Source: Botryllus schlosseri
Lineage: Eukaryota
Direction of reading: 5' to 3'
Assembly (NCBI GenBank): GCA_051294905.1
Contig: CM119378.1
Coordinates: forward strand, 124,001-188,000
DNA: 64,000 nt
The translations under genes were made by a program, and so were the position numbers. Under the pieces are notes generated by a model. It did not search any database. It was not told the DNA's origin and saw only the letters and a program-made list of their open reading frames with translations. Of the stretch, positions 13,544 through 25,868 are shown in pieces (position 1 is the stretch's first letter; the number at the start of each line of letters is the position of its first letter).

Positions 13544-13702
13544 CTGGGGTGTAGGGAGAAGTGGGTGTCATGCTCGGGTTGAGGACGTTTGGAGCGATAA
13601 GACCGTCGTTGCCAGATCCATTGCCGTGCTTGGACGAATCGCGATGTTTAACTGCCGTTTCGGCCACTTTTAAAAGAGACAGTTCTTCCGGTCTTCTGAT
13701 GT
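13544..13702 (-). CDS. FERMT: Kindlin coding exon 4 (F1 and F1 loop)
   Basis: DIRRPEELSLLK (kindlin IRHPEELSLLK), after a 67-bp GT-AG intron. The 3' boundary CCA G|GTTAG is less certain. Confidence 0.85.
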
Positions 13703-13769
13703 CTACAGAGAGGAGAGCGATTGTTATCCATTTCACAAAACTCACACCTTTGTTTTATCGGGAACGTAC

Positions 13770-14003
13770 CGAAAAATCTGCAAATTTCCTTCACGGCCGA
13801 GAAGACTTTTGACGAAAAGTCTACTCTGATATTTGCGTACTGCAGATCGGGCAGTTGTAGCCTCAATGTTTTATGCTTCTTTGTGAAGCAAAGCTCTGCG
13901 TCTGCCTGGACCTCCTCCCGTACAAGGGCGTGGTTGCTGTTCATCAGCCATTTATTCTTTTTCGGCCACCACATCTCGTAGTCCGACCAATCCTGAGTTA
14001 CGT
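13770..14003 (-). CDS. FERMT: Kindlin coding exon 3 (F0/F1)
   Basis: DVTQDWSDYEMWWPKKNKWL...QADAELCFTKKHKTLRLQLPDLQY...VFSAVKEICRFF, with AG/GT boundaries, phase 1/1. Confidence 0.95.
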
Positions 14004-15439
14004 CTGAACGAAAAATTCTACCATTTACACGCGAAAGAATGCACTTCCTGTCAAGATTGCTTTCATCGCAACATCCACGGCATTGACACATTTATTAGAA
14101 CTAGCAGACTTTTCTGGTGCCTCTTTTCAAGAATTATCGGCACACGAAAGGCATTCAAACAGATTCAGAAATGAAATCAATATGGCATATACTACAATAA
14201 TATAATATGAAGTTTGTAATGACTCGAATCGAGAGTTTTGGTTGACTTCACTTGACTAGAGTCAATTCTGAAAGCCCTAGTGCCGGCTAAAAAAACTGGT
14301 GAAATTGAAAATTTTTCTACCAATACTTCTGTGTTGATCAAAAAAAGGTGATTATTTTGGTTGACTCCTGCATCACCCACTTCTGTATAATTCTGCCTGG
14401 AAGTCGACTTTTTTACGAAATTCTAATACTTTTCTGGAAAAAAGAGGACAAATTCCAAAAAAAGAGGACATTTAGGCAACCTTCAAGGACAATATCAATT
14501 TGGTGAAAAAGGGGAAAAAAGAGGACAAAACCTCTTAAGAGGACGTATGGTAACCCTAATCGACTCGAGATCCATTCTACATGACTTGATTCAAGTTTGG
14601 TATATCACAACCGATACTTGAAAGATAATCCAAGAAATTGTCTGTTATCTGCTTGATAAATATGTTAAGAATGAGAGAATGATTATATTACGGAAAAGGC
14701 CTTCGATATCACCCAAGAGTTTCACAGAAGTGAGTTAGACCTGACTTAAACTCGATACATAACAGTGAACACGATGACTTGGACCCAGACTCGAGTCTCA
14801 ACACAATAACTCGGACTAAACCCGTTGCCTCGACTTGTACCGTAATTTTCCGAATATAGTTCGCCCCCATTAGGGAAAAGTGAAAAAAAAAAATTTGAAT
14901 TTCAAAAAGTGCCTCAGGTATTTGGTCTCAAATCGAAAATGAATAACTTATATCATAATTTCAGGTTCTTACGCCCTCTAGTGGCCGAGCAATTTCACCA
15001 AACGAGTCGAAAATAGCTAATTTAGCCATATCTTGATAATCGCTTATGCTAGAAAGCCAGTATTGGGTTTAAAATCTGCGGAAGCAACATGTTTCTATCG
15101 CACTTCCATAGAACTTTGTCTTGAAAATGTACAGAAAAAAATTTACAAGCAAATTGTCGATTTTTAGACCGCCATTAAAAGTGTTGGTTGGTTGTACCAA
15201 GTTTGCAATGCCAATTAGCATGTGACTGTTTGTTACATTGCTGCTTTAACAACAGAATCTTGTTTGAAGGACTTATCAGTTGATTTTTATAGAAACCAAG
15301 TATAATTTGGATAGTTGAGAGCATGATTGAACTTTCTTTATAGTTGCAAAGGAGCTACATGAGTATGACCGTTGGATTTGGTGCAATGTATTTTCCATAA
15401 ATGAGTTTCAATTGTGCGAAAAGTCAATCAACTGATGTT

Positions 15440-16426
15440 AAAATTTAGTGAATCAACTCAGTATCCCAAAAAATCTAGAACATCAAATTCTTATAAAGAA
15501 ATGAAAACTACGTCCTTGCAAGATATTGATAAGCTTTTTGGTATCTTCTGCTGCGTTAGCAAACAGAGAGATAATATTGGACTTTAATGTGGCTCAAGGA
15601 TGGCACCGAATGATTTGTAGATCAAAAAGCAGAACGCAAGAGAAAATGTTTGGTTGACATTGTTCCTCTTTCATCAGCTGACGAAAGATTTCGAAGGTAA
15701 TCAGTCAAGCTCAATCCAACAACCCGGTGCTTCTAATGCAGGTGCCAGCACATCTATTGGGCAATTCAGCTTTGTTCAAAGTGATTCAGAATAAATGCAG
15801 CCTTAATCAACATCTTCTGGTGATTATTCAACTTTTATGGGAGGTGCTCAACCATCAAACCAAAACCGTGCGTTGTGGACCAACTTGGCAAGAGTTTGTG
15901 AACGGTATAATGTATCGGATCGTACAGGAGCTGTTGTTGCAGCTTTTGTATTGCAAGATGTTGGAATAATCAACGAAAAGAGTGATTCGTTTTTGGTAGA
16001 TCGCGGCAAATTACGAGGAGAGGGAGAAAGGTGCAGAAAAGAAATACGAAAGAGAGGCAGAAAACTTGAATCTTGTGAATCTACTTCGATGGAAGAAAAG
16101 ATGCCACTTGGAATATGGTTGAGGCACCCACTGGAAAATGCTCCATGACAACTGAGCTGGAGGAACATATTGTTTTAGTCGGAGAACCAGGTGAGTATTA
16201 CCTCACTCACTTGTCACCTCCCAATGGAAAAGGCCGTGTTTTGGCAAAAGAAACATATATGAGTTTATTTCCAACACCAAACTCTGAAAAAACCTAGCTG
16301 TCGTGAGATCAGGCGGTACAGCTTCAATGACAGGGAAATTCAAAGGCTGCCTTCGTGCAATGGAAGAACTTTTACAAAGACCACTTCAATGGGCTATCTG
16401 CTTGCTTCATGGTAATGAGCTGCCAT
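15440..16426 (+). pseudogene. Truncated, frameshifted hAT-like transposase (left arm)
   Basis: Fragments LARVCERYNVSDR, VDRGKLR, YFDGRKDAT, EEHIVLVGEPGEYYLTH, GTASMTGKFKG, LQWAICLLHGNELP (CxxH motif); stops and frameshifts present. Start approximate. Confidence 0.8.
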
Positions 16427-16508
16427 TCTACATATTTACCTTGAAAGTTGTCATTTATAATCTTGTATTGCGTGTTTGAATTACGCATTGCTGTGAAAAC
16501 ATATCGTT

Positions 16509-17491
16509 ATGGCAGCTCTTTACCATGAGGCAAGCAGATAGCCCATTGAAGTGGTCTTTGTAAAAGTTCTTCCATTGCACGAATGCAGCCTTTGAATCTC
16601 CCTGTCATTGAAGCTGTACCGTCTGATCTCACGACAGCTAGGTTTTTTCAGAGTTTGGTGTTGGAAATAAACTCATATATGTTTCTTTTGCCAAAACACG
16701 GCCTTTTCCATTGGGAGGTGACAAGTGAGTGAGGTAATACTCACCTGGTTCTCCGACTAAAACAATATGTTCCTCCAGCTCAGTTGTCATAGAGCATTTT
16801 CCAGTGGGTGCCTCAACCATATTCCAAGTGGCATCTTTTCTTCCATCGAAGTAGATTCACAAGATTCAAGTTTTCTGCCTCTTTCGTATTTCTTTTCTGC
16901 ACCTTTCTCCCTCTCCTCGTAATTTGCCGCGATCTACCAAAAACGAATCACTCTTTTTGTTGATTATTCCAACATCTTGCAATACAAAAGCTGCAACAAC
17001 AGCTGTACGATCCGATACATTATACCATTCACAAACTCTTGCCAAGTTGGTCCACAACACACGGTTTTGGTTTGATGGTTGAGCACCTCCCATAAAAGTT
17101 GAATCATTACCAGAAGATGTTGATTAAGATTGCATTGACTCTGAATCACTTTGACCAAAGCTGAATTGCCCAATAGAAGTGCTGGCACCTGCATTAGAAG
17201 CACCGGCTTGTTGGATTGAGCTTGACTGCCTTCGAAATCTTTCGTCAGCTGATGAAAGAGGCACAACGTCAACCAAACATTTTCCCTTGCCTTCTGCTTT
17301 TTGATCTTCAAATCCTTCGGTGCCATCCATGAGCCACATTGAAGTGCAATTTTATCTCTCTGTTTGCTATCGCAGCAGAAGATGCCAAAAAGCTTATCAA
17401 TATCTTGCAAAAACGTAGTTTCCATTTCTTTACAAGAATTTGATGTTCTAGATTTTTTGGGATACCGAGTTAGTTCACTAAATTTTAACAT
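16509..17491 (-). pseudogene. Truncated, frameshifted hAT-like transposase (right arm)
   Basis: Inverted copy of the left arm. ORFs 16638-16820 and 16115-16297 give identical peptides; this arm retains SDGTASMTG. Confidence 0.8.
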
Positions 17492-18516
17492 CAGTTGATT
17501 GACTTTTCGTGCAATTTGAAACTCATTTATGGAAAATACATTGCACCAAATCCAACGGTCATACTCATGTAGCTCCTTTGCAACTATAAAGAAAGTTCAA
17601 TCATGCTCCCTACTATCCAAATTATACTTGGTTGCTATAAAAATCAACTGATAAGTCCTTCAAACAAGATTCTGTTGTTAAAGCAGCAATGTAACAAACA
17701 GTCACATGCTAATTGGCATTGCAAACTTGGTACAACCAACCAACACTTTTAATGGCGGTCTAAAAATGAGCAATTTGCTTGTAACTTTTTTTCTGTACAT
17801 TTTCAAGACAAAGTTCTATGGAAGTGAGATAGAAACATGTTGCTTCCGCAGATTTTAAACCCAAAACTGGCTTTCTAGCATAAGCGGTTATGAAGATATG
17901 ACAAAATTGGCTATTTTCGACTCGTTTGGTGAAATTGCTCAGCCACTAGAGGGCATAAGAACCTGAAAATATGATAGAAGTTATTCATTTTCGATTTGGG
18001 ACCAAATATCAGAGGCACTTTTTGAAATTCAAATTTTTCTTTTTTTCACTCCACCCTAGCCCCCATGTATAATACGCACCCTTAAAATGACGTGTATATT
18101 AGGGCTCTTCAAAAATAATTTTTTTTCTCAAACCTACTGGCTACTTGATAAAATTGTTAGGTTTCCTAATTTAAGCCTACACACAAAATTTGGTTCAATT
18201 CCAGCTAGTAACCGCTTTGCTACAGGAGAAGAAAGTTTTTATTTATTATATAAAAATAAATATTGAAAAATTTGAAAATTTTCTGTTCACCCCATGAAAG
18301 TGTTAATCTGTCTATAGAAACGATGCTCACCTAATTTGGTTCAATTCCAACCAGTGGAAGCGGAGATATTGCCGTCGAAAAATTTGGATTTGAATAAAAT
18401 AGTATTTACGGTGACCGATTCTTTGTTTATTTATTATAGTTGTGCTCACCGTAAATACTATTTTTCAACTATTTTAATTTCAATGGAAGTAATGCTTCAC
18501 ATGTCACCAAACTCAC

Positions 18517-18619
18517 CAAATTTCATCTTGAGAGCTTCCACGAGTCGAGAAATTGCGTATCCGACCGAATCCTCGCTCCGGACCAGAACGGGAACCCTCT
18601 GTTCTGTGACAGGTTCTCC
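18517..18619 (-). CDS. FERMT: Kindlin coding exon 2
   Basis: TTTCAG|GEPVTEQRVPVLVRSEDSVGYAISRLVEALKMKF-G|GTGAGT. Phases 0/1 join exons 1 and 3 in frame; aligns to kindlin 'LRVTGEVHIGGVMLKLVEKL'. Confidence 0.85.
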
Positions 18620-19014
18620 CTGAAATTCAAACAGATGTTTGGCGTACAGCAGCGCTTCCCAAACTTGTTAAGGTCGCGACCCAATTTACTACACGCAAAG
18701 GTTCCGCGATCCAGCTCTAAACTTGGTCATGAAAATAGGACTGCAATTTTGTTGTCATTCACCTCTTCTTTTTTCAAACCTTTTTACACTTTGTATAATT
18801 AGTTTTTTGTTTCGTATAGTTTGATTGACAGCATTAAATACGCCAAATCATATATATCGTCGCGGTGGAGTCAAAGTAGATCCATTTTTCAAATTTGGAG
18901 GTACAAAAAATCCAGATTTTGTAAATTTTTTTTTTTTTTCAACAATACAATCAAAATACGATTGCATTACACTTTATACAACATAAGGCCAATATACGGC
19001 TGTATGATACAAAA

Positions 19015-20375
19015 TGAGAGAGAGAGAGAGAAAATTTATTCGGTCCATGAACATTGATAATACACAGATAGATAAATACAAAGCAAAGTATATATAATTC
19101 AGAACCAGGCTGTAGCGAAGGGATCGGGAGATCATCAAGTCAGCTACAGCCTGAAAGGATGGTTGTAATATGAAACTTATCACATAATATAACACATTTG
19201 CAAGCAAAAAATATAACATATACGCGATGTATCAGAAACAGATGAAAAACTAAGTGGGATCACAGTAGGTAACCTGAATAGACGAGATAAAACAATTGCA
19301 CTGGCTACAGGAACACAAACTAGGCAAAGAGATGCTGATTGACACATTTATAGAAAATGTTCATATTTTCCTACAAGATATTCGTGAAACATTTGTTTAA
19401 AGATATGGAGTGGTTTATCTTTAATATGGGGTGGAATGGAGTTCCATATACGAGGACCTTGGAAACTGATAGTCTTAGGATGTTCTCGGGGTAAGAATAG
19501 ATTCATAGAAGAGCCTCGGGTATTGTGTGAATGGTGACTGGTGAGATGAGTGAAATAGTCTAGGAAGATTTCTGGCAGGCTCTCATTGTAGTAGCCATGC
19601 ATGAGCTTACCTATTTCATAAAAGTGGATACCGTATCTTCAACTTTTAAGATGTTCAAGCGACTATATAAAGGATTTACACTATCTCTGCGATTGGCGAG
19701 ACAAGTCAATTTAATTGCTTTATTCTGCAGGCTTTTAATCCGATTCAAGTATTTGGCTTTAGCTGAACCCCACAATGCGACCCCATAAGTCAAGTGCGAG
19801 TGGAAGAGTGTGTGATATATTGTTAGTCGTGTGGAGAGTGGTAATAGGAAACGAACTTTTCTTAAGATTCCTATGGCTTTCGATAGTTTAATGCAAATTG
19901 AATTAATCTGATCACCCCAGGATAGCTTATTATCTATTATTATGCCAAGATAGGATAGAGACGTCTGGAAAGTAAGTCTTTCATTATTGAGCTTCAGTAC
20001 TATGTCTTTTGGAGTAGCTTTACCAAAGAACATACAGTGTGTTTTTGAAGTATTTATTGTTAGTCTATTGCTACACATCCAGTCATATATTTTTATTAGA
20101 TTTGAATTACATGAATACTCAAGGTCAGCTGTATTACAAGATGAGAGCATGAGAGATGTATCATCTGCAAACAGTTGAATTGTGAAGTCCGATACATTGT
20201 CTATATCATTAATATAAATCAAAAATAGGAAAGGACCCAGAACTGATCCTTGAGGTACACCCATTTCAATTTCGAGCTTATCTGTTGAGACTTCACCATT
20301 TTTAACAAATTGCCATGTATTACGTAAATAGGACTGTAGTAGCTTATACATGTTACCCCTAACCCCTAACTCCAT
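19015..20375 (-). mobile_element. 5'-truncated CR1/L2-group LINE (RT remnant, 3' UTR, (TC)n tail) in kindlin intron 1
   Basis: GVPQGSVLGPFLFLIYIND, LFADDT, YLGIIIDNKLSW; frameshift near 19630 into HSHNTR...FQGPRIWNSIP; AATAAA then (TC)n at 19015-19040. 5' end approximate. Confidence 0.9.
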
Positions 20376-21132
20376 TGGTCGCATCGCTGACCAATATTTC
20401 ACCGAATTGTTTTCTTTCAATTTTGAAATAAACTTCTGTCCATCTGTCTGGCAAGCTGATTACTAAAAATAGGCCAGGGTCAGCATCAGCAACTTCGCAA
20501 GGACATACAGCCTATTTGGGAAGCTGATTACTGAAACAAAATAATAAAATATGGGTCAATAAGGTCAACGTCCTCATGACGCCTAGGTTGAAAACCACTG
20601 ACGTCGTGTGGCACAGTGGTAGACCTAGAACAATTCCTTTATCATCCATGGTTTAATTTGGTGTTAAGCAAGAGTGCGCATCAGGCCTACCTCGATCCAC
20701 CTGGTACTGGTAGAGTGCCTGTCTTGTTGGTAGAACGCAAATAAATTCTCAAGGTGAAACTTGCACATCGATAATAATTTCTTAATTTAATGGGAATGGA
20801 GTAAAAATTTCTATTCGGTGTCTTCCTTTTTCAAGTGCTGATGCTATAAGAGATAAATTCAGCGTGAAAAAAGAGGGACTTTGTTTGCATTCTTACAGTA
20901 TTTCGAGGTTGGAGGTCGAGAGCTGCAAAATTTGTTTAATGCAATTTTTTGTGAGCTTAATTGAAAATGGCCGCTGTGAAAAAGGTTATATTTTTCATCA
21001 AATTTTTTTGGAATATCTTGGCCATCGTTATTTCTCACATAACTGTATGGCCAGCATAAGCTCGAAAAAATGTAAATAAACAGAAAAATTGAAACTCATT
21101 TTTAGACCTATTTCGATTCAAATTCAGCTAAC

Positions 21133-21228
21133 CTGCTCATTCTTGAGCGGTAGGTCAGTGACGATAATATTCAACTCCCAGGCATTGTCGGCATACGTCC
21201 CGTCTGCTCTTCGGAATCCACTCGTCAT
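21133..21228 (-). CDS. FERMT: Kindlin/fermitin coding exon 1 (F0 domain start)
   Basis: Translates MTSGFRRADGTYADNAWELNIIVTDLPLKNEQ, resembling the kindlin-2 N-terminus (DGCYADGTWELSVHVTDL). Ends CAG|GTTAG, phase 0. Upstream acceptor TTTTCATAG at 21276. Confidence 0.9.
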
Positions 21229-23590
21229 AGCAAACTGCTTCAATCTTATTCAATAATTCCAGAATTGCTGCGAAACTATGAAAATACAATCTAAAACGAA
21301 GATACAGGCATGATATTCGTCATTCTACAGCGCTTGTCGAGTTGATTAGGCGTTTCGGCTTGCTGTAGGACTGAATTTGAGAATTTATGACAGTTGAGAG
21401 GCATGTACTTATTGCGCAAGTTGAAGGCATGGCAGGTTACCAAAATTGGAAAAGGAATGTCACATATGTTGTTTGTGACATGATGCAACAATTTTATGTT
21501 GTGCGTTGTACGTCCCTGCCTTCACATCAATGCCATAACCTATTCATTCCTCGTTAATACATATCGCTGCCTTTTTACCTCAACCCTTTGACCTATATCC
21601 TTACTCAGGGATGTATACAATCTTGGCATCGCGGAAGATTATGTGATAATTAACTAACAGTGTGTCAATGTGACATGTCTGCTCATGATGCATGGTTTTG
21701 CAAAATCACTGGTTAGAGAATGTTAGAGGTTCAATTTCAAAAATGACGGGGCATGTGGCTAAGAGGTTGAAATAATGGAAATAGTAGTGAAGAGATGTGA
21801 CAAAAAACTTGATAGCTATACAGTTCAAGCCATTTTCAGACTTCTTATATGGCTGGTTTATGATATTATCTTGCCTATCTTGGGGTGACAGCATAAACTT
21901 CATCGAGATAATTGGATTCAATTGGCCCTACACATTTCAGGGTTATCGTATTTTCAACAATATATCTCTTCAGTAGCCTACTTGTTCTCACTCAGCAATG
22001 CAGCGTCCTGCCGTATTCTATCACAAGCTGAGCAGTAAATACCGATTTATTTTCGTGGAATTTACGAAAAATAGCGATTTCAGTGAAGTTCAACAGAGCT
22101 CTCTCTACCTCCCTCTCGCCTGCAAACTAGCCAAGTGATCATAACACGACGCGCCCGGCTTTCAGCGTTCTTTGGATTGGTACTACTCTTACTGAAGTGC
22201 TTTTCAAAGTGATTCGAAATGGTTCTATTGAAAATGCTGTACGGCAAAATAAACGTTAGGTCCACGTTTGGCGCATAGTGACCATATTCCTCCCACAGCT
22301 GACACAGCTAAGTCTTTCATCAAAAGCCCTTATAAGGTGAATAGGTGACGTACTTAGTGCATGACGCATGGCCGCACGCTTACGACATCTCCCGATGATG
22401 GGAAGAGTGAAGAAATTTACAGTGGGCAGGACGAAAAAAGCGTGGGACAATATACACAGAAGTGGTCAGCGTTAATGCGCAAGTAGTACTGAAAGTACCG
22501 CCGTAAATTTTACCAATTGCAAGTAGAAGTAGAGATGTCCATGTCCAAGGCATGTCAAAACTACTGCAACCAAAAGAAGAAAATAAAGACATGAAAATTT
22601 CTCAAAGAAAGTATAATGTCAAAAGTTAAATTTGATCGATGGGTCGCATGCTTTTACCAGTCAATCGGAGGCGGTCACTTTCACATTTTCGAGGTGCATT
22701 TTGCAGCTAAAGCAAAGTGACTAATACCGTTACTAGTTAGGATTACCATACGTCCTCCATTACCATACGTCGTCCTTTTCGGGTTTTTGAAAATGTCCTC
22801 CGATGACGCCTAAATGTCCTCTTTTTTGAGAATTCTGGTTAAACATAGGTCAAAATTCGACCGATATGCCATAAAATAGCTCTGAACTAACGCCCAGGCG
22901 GGTATTTCGGGAGCTGAGCGAAGGTTGACCTTTTTTTGTGTCAACCACCTGCTAAAGTAGAAAGTGAAGGAAAAAACAGTATTTTGGCCGCCGATTCCAG
23001 AATATGGTAACCCTGCCACAACTAGATGCAATTTTCGAAAATATATTCAGTTCAGTTACTGTTTCTTTCATAGGAGTTTTGAATTCAGTTTGTCGCTAAT
23101 AATCTTTTACTTTCGCCCAGTTGTCATGACAATTTCGCTCATAAAAGTGATGCATACATATCGCAAACCTACTTTCTACGATGCGATATCCAAAGTAAAA
23201 GTATTTTGCTTGTAATGTCTTAAGTAGAAAGTGGAACAATAGTCGGGTTACCAAATTTTGGAATCGGGAAATGAGGACACTTTGACCAAATCAGAAAAGT
23301 TGGTTGATCAAAACTGAGAACAGCGGATATCGCTATATTCGCTGAAAAATTTGTTGAGTTTACTAAAAAAAAGGTCGTCATCGTCGACATAACCACGAAT
23401 TTCCCGCTCGAACGTCTGCCTTTGCTATTTAGCGTCATTTATGCCCATTTTCACTCGAATCTGTCCGTTATCCAAGCTGTAAGAGTGTAAATGCTGTAAA
23501 GGAGGACATTTAGGCGGCCTCGGAGGACATTTTCAAAAACCTGAAAAAGGAGGACAAATCTACCTAAAGGAAGACGCGGTAACCCTAAAC

Positions 23591-24756
23591 CAGGGGTCGC
23601 CAACTCAAAATAGGTCGCGGGCCACTTTTCCAAATTCCTGGAGGCCGCGGGCCGCATGACATCAATATCGATATAAAAGTAGGCAACGCAGTTCAACAAC
23701 CACGTCTGATAACTCTACGTTATTACAACGCTGTGCTTTCTAACATAGGCGACGGTTATAGTCACCACAAAAGAACTAATATTTTATTGAACAAACACAA
23801 ATACAACAAAAAGTATCATGATCATCAATGTCATTATATTTTGGACTATGAGCTGTACACGATACCTGACAATGACAACTCTCTTTAGCCGCTAAAACAG
23901 GGGTGGCCAACATTTTTGTAATTCACGGCCGCATTTCGCGTACTCATGTAGCCTGCGGCCGCATACCGGTGGTTAGTCGTGATAAACTAGCTGGGGCCAA
24001 ATACCCACGTTATCATTTCCATGTCCATTGCCGGTACACTTCGAACTAATCTATATGCACATATCGGCTTACTATGCGCACCAAATCGTTAGTAGTTATG
24101 TTGTAAAGAGCCACAGATAACCAATCTGTAGTCGCGCGAAGCGCGAAAAATTTTTCATGTTCATGAGTGAATTTCGTCAATAAATATTAGTATAGTTTCA
24201 CATATTACTATAAAATATTTATCCTTTCTCGGCCAATGTGATCAGATTCCCAGATACAGCTGATGCAGGGGGTATCTGCGAAAACTTAGGGTTGTTATTA
24301 CAAGTGTCGACAGCCGCATAATTTTCCTTCTACTGCTGCAGATTGGCCACCCATGGATTGAAGAATCAATATTGGGGTTAGCTATACACGGTAGGCCTAC
24401 TTGCTAGACAACTATCTCCTCGTAAAGCATGGTCTTTTGGAGCGCCCGAAGTCGTTTTGCAGGCGTCTCGGTCTTGGCAGTGGTGGGCCATTGCACGTCA
24501 AGGCAATATGCCCATTCGTACCAGCAAATTCTTCATCCATGGAATGATATTACCATGCCGAAGCCGTATCAACTAGTGAGTAATAGTGATAGTGGGCACA
24601 TAGAATGGCTCACTTTGTAAAACAACAACATTATGTTTCAACTGAAATCAATTTTAGCGTTTCAACATGATTTACTAAGCGTTTTTCTGAATTTTTTTCA
24701 AATCAGGTCGCGGGCCGCAAAATAGGACCTCGCGGGCCGCGTGTTGGAGACCCCTG
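23591..24756. mobile_element. hAT MITE (GCGGGCCGC-rich) with a nested CAGGGGTGGCCAA element at ~23898-24355
   Basis: TIR CAGGGGTC(G/T)CCAAC at both ends; CCTAAAC on both flanks. Confidence 0.7.
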
Positions 24757-24849
24757 CCTAAACAATAGGCATATTCCACTTAGGTCTACAAATTGTTGCA
24801 ATTGTCTTCCATCGCAATGTAAGCTACATATAGTGTACGCAGATGAAAG

Positions 24850-25230
24850 GGGGAGCGAGTGGCGCAGTTGGTTAAACACTGCAGTCACGACACCAATGGT
24901 TGCTGGTTCGAGTCTCGGCTCTGCTAATTTCTATGTGTCGGAGGTTTATCTGGGCTCATCATCGCAGACCTCACTGCTCAAGCGGTGTCGTACGAAAAGC
25001 CGAGACGGATAAAGAGCAGTCGAGCTTTGAATAATCGATAGCAACAGATACTGAAGTGGACGCACGGAAGAGAAGAGAGAGTGAAAGATGGTGAATGCAT
25101 GCGAGATTGGAAGTCGTCCGCGAAGCGTACAGAAGTGAAAAAGACCGATGAACTTTACAACATTTATGTGCTGGGCACAAATGACCAAACAGGCGATAAG
25201 TGCCAAATACTGTTCAATAAAAACAAAAAC
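24850..25230 (+). mobile_element. tRNA-derived SINE (3' end approximate)
   Basis: A box TGGCGCAGTTGG at ~24860 and B box GGTTCGAGTCT at 24905-24915; no intact cloverleaf. Confidence 0.6.
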
Positions 25231-25868
25231 GCAGTTGAAGATGTCATCTTCGATGGTTTATGACGAATGTTTCCATTCTTTTATATGGAGTTGACACGGA
25301 TCGGGCAGCAACCCAATTTTGGCTCGTATGGCATCTTACCTGTGATCAATGTTCGTCGTCTAACTACCATACACGATCAGGATGAAATACAAGAAAACGC
25401 ATCGCTCAATCAAGTTAGCCTGACCTCAATTGTGGAACAGCGTGTCTCGCGAGCGTGTCCACTGTCCACATTCAAGTCGAATTACAAGCAATTTCTGTTG
25501 AATGAATACAGTCAACCCCATTACAGCCTATTAGGCTACCGGACACAATATGAGATATTCCATCGATCTCGCCTATCGGCACATGTCGCATTCATTTTAT
25601 GTTATCCTTTTTTAAATCAAGTATACATGCCTCTTATTTACATCGCCTAGGTCCAGTTCGGTGTTTGAAGACTACCCCAAGTCGTTTCTTTCTAATAGTT
25701 GCTTCCATTTCATGACACTCCTGAAGTACGTGAGCAATAAAGTCGAGCACGCTGACGCCCGATACGTCAGGAGTCACGAAAACACCATAATCCTCATCAG
25801 ACGTATTATTGCGACAACATCGGCACTCGCAGTCCACTGCGCGAGTGCGCGTGCTTCATCTCTTAGGC

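Larger units (their letters stand above)
14871..18058. mobile_element. Fold-back hAT-superfamily (hATm-like) non-autonomous transposon with ~1.55-kb inverted arms
   Basis: TAGGG...CCCTA termini and a perfect 8-bp TSD GCCCCCAT (14863-14870, 18059-18066). Arms 14871-16426 and 16509-18058 are inverted copies around an 82-bp spacer. Confidence 0.93.

Noticed and set aside
14871..18058. Palindrome as a sequencing fold-back artefact
   Set aside because: The arms differ by many substitutions and indels, a unique spacer is present, a perfect TSD flanks the outer ends, and the interrupted host MITE rejoins across it.
24850..24925. Possible tRNA gene
   Set aside because: A and B boxes are present, but the acceptor and anticodon stems do not pair convincingly and no T-run terminator follows. 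Treated as a SINE head, as is 45128-45200.
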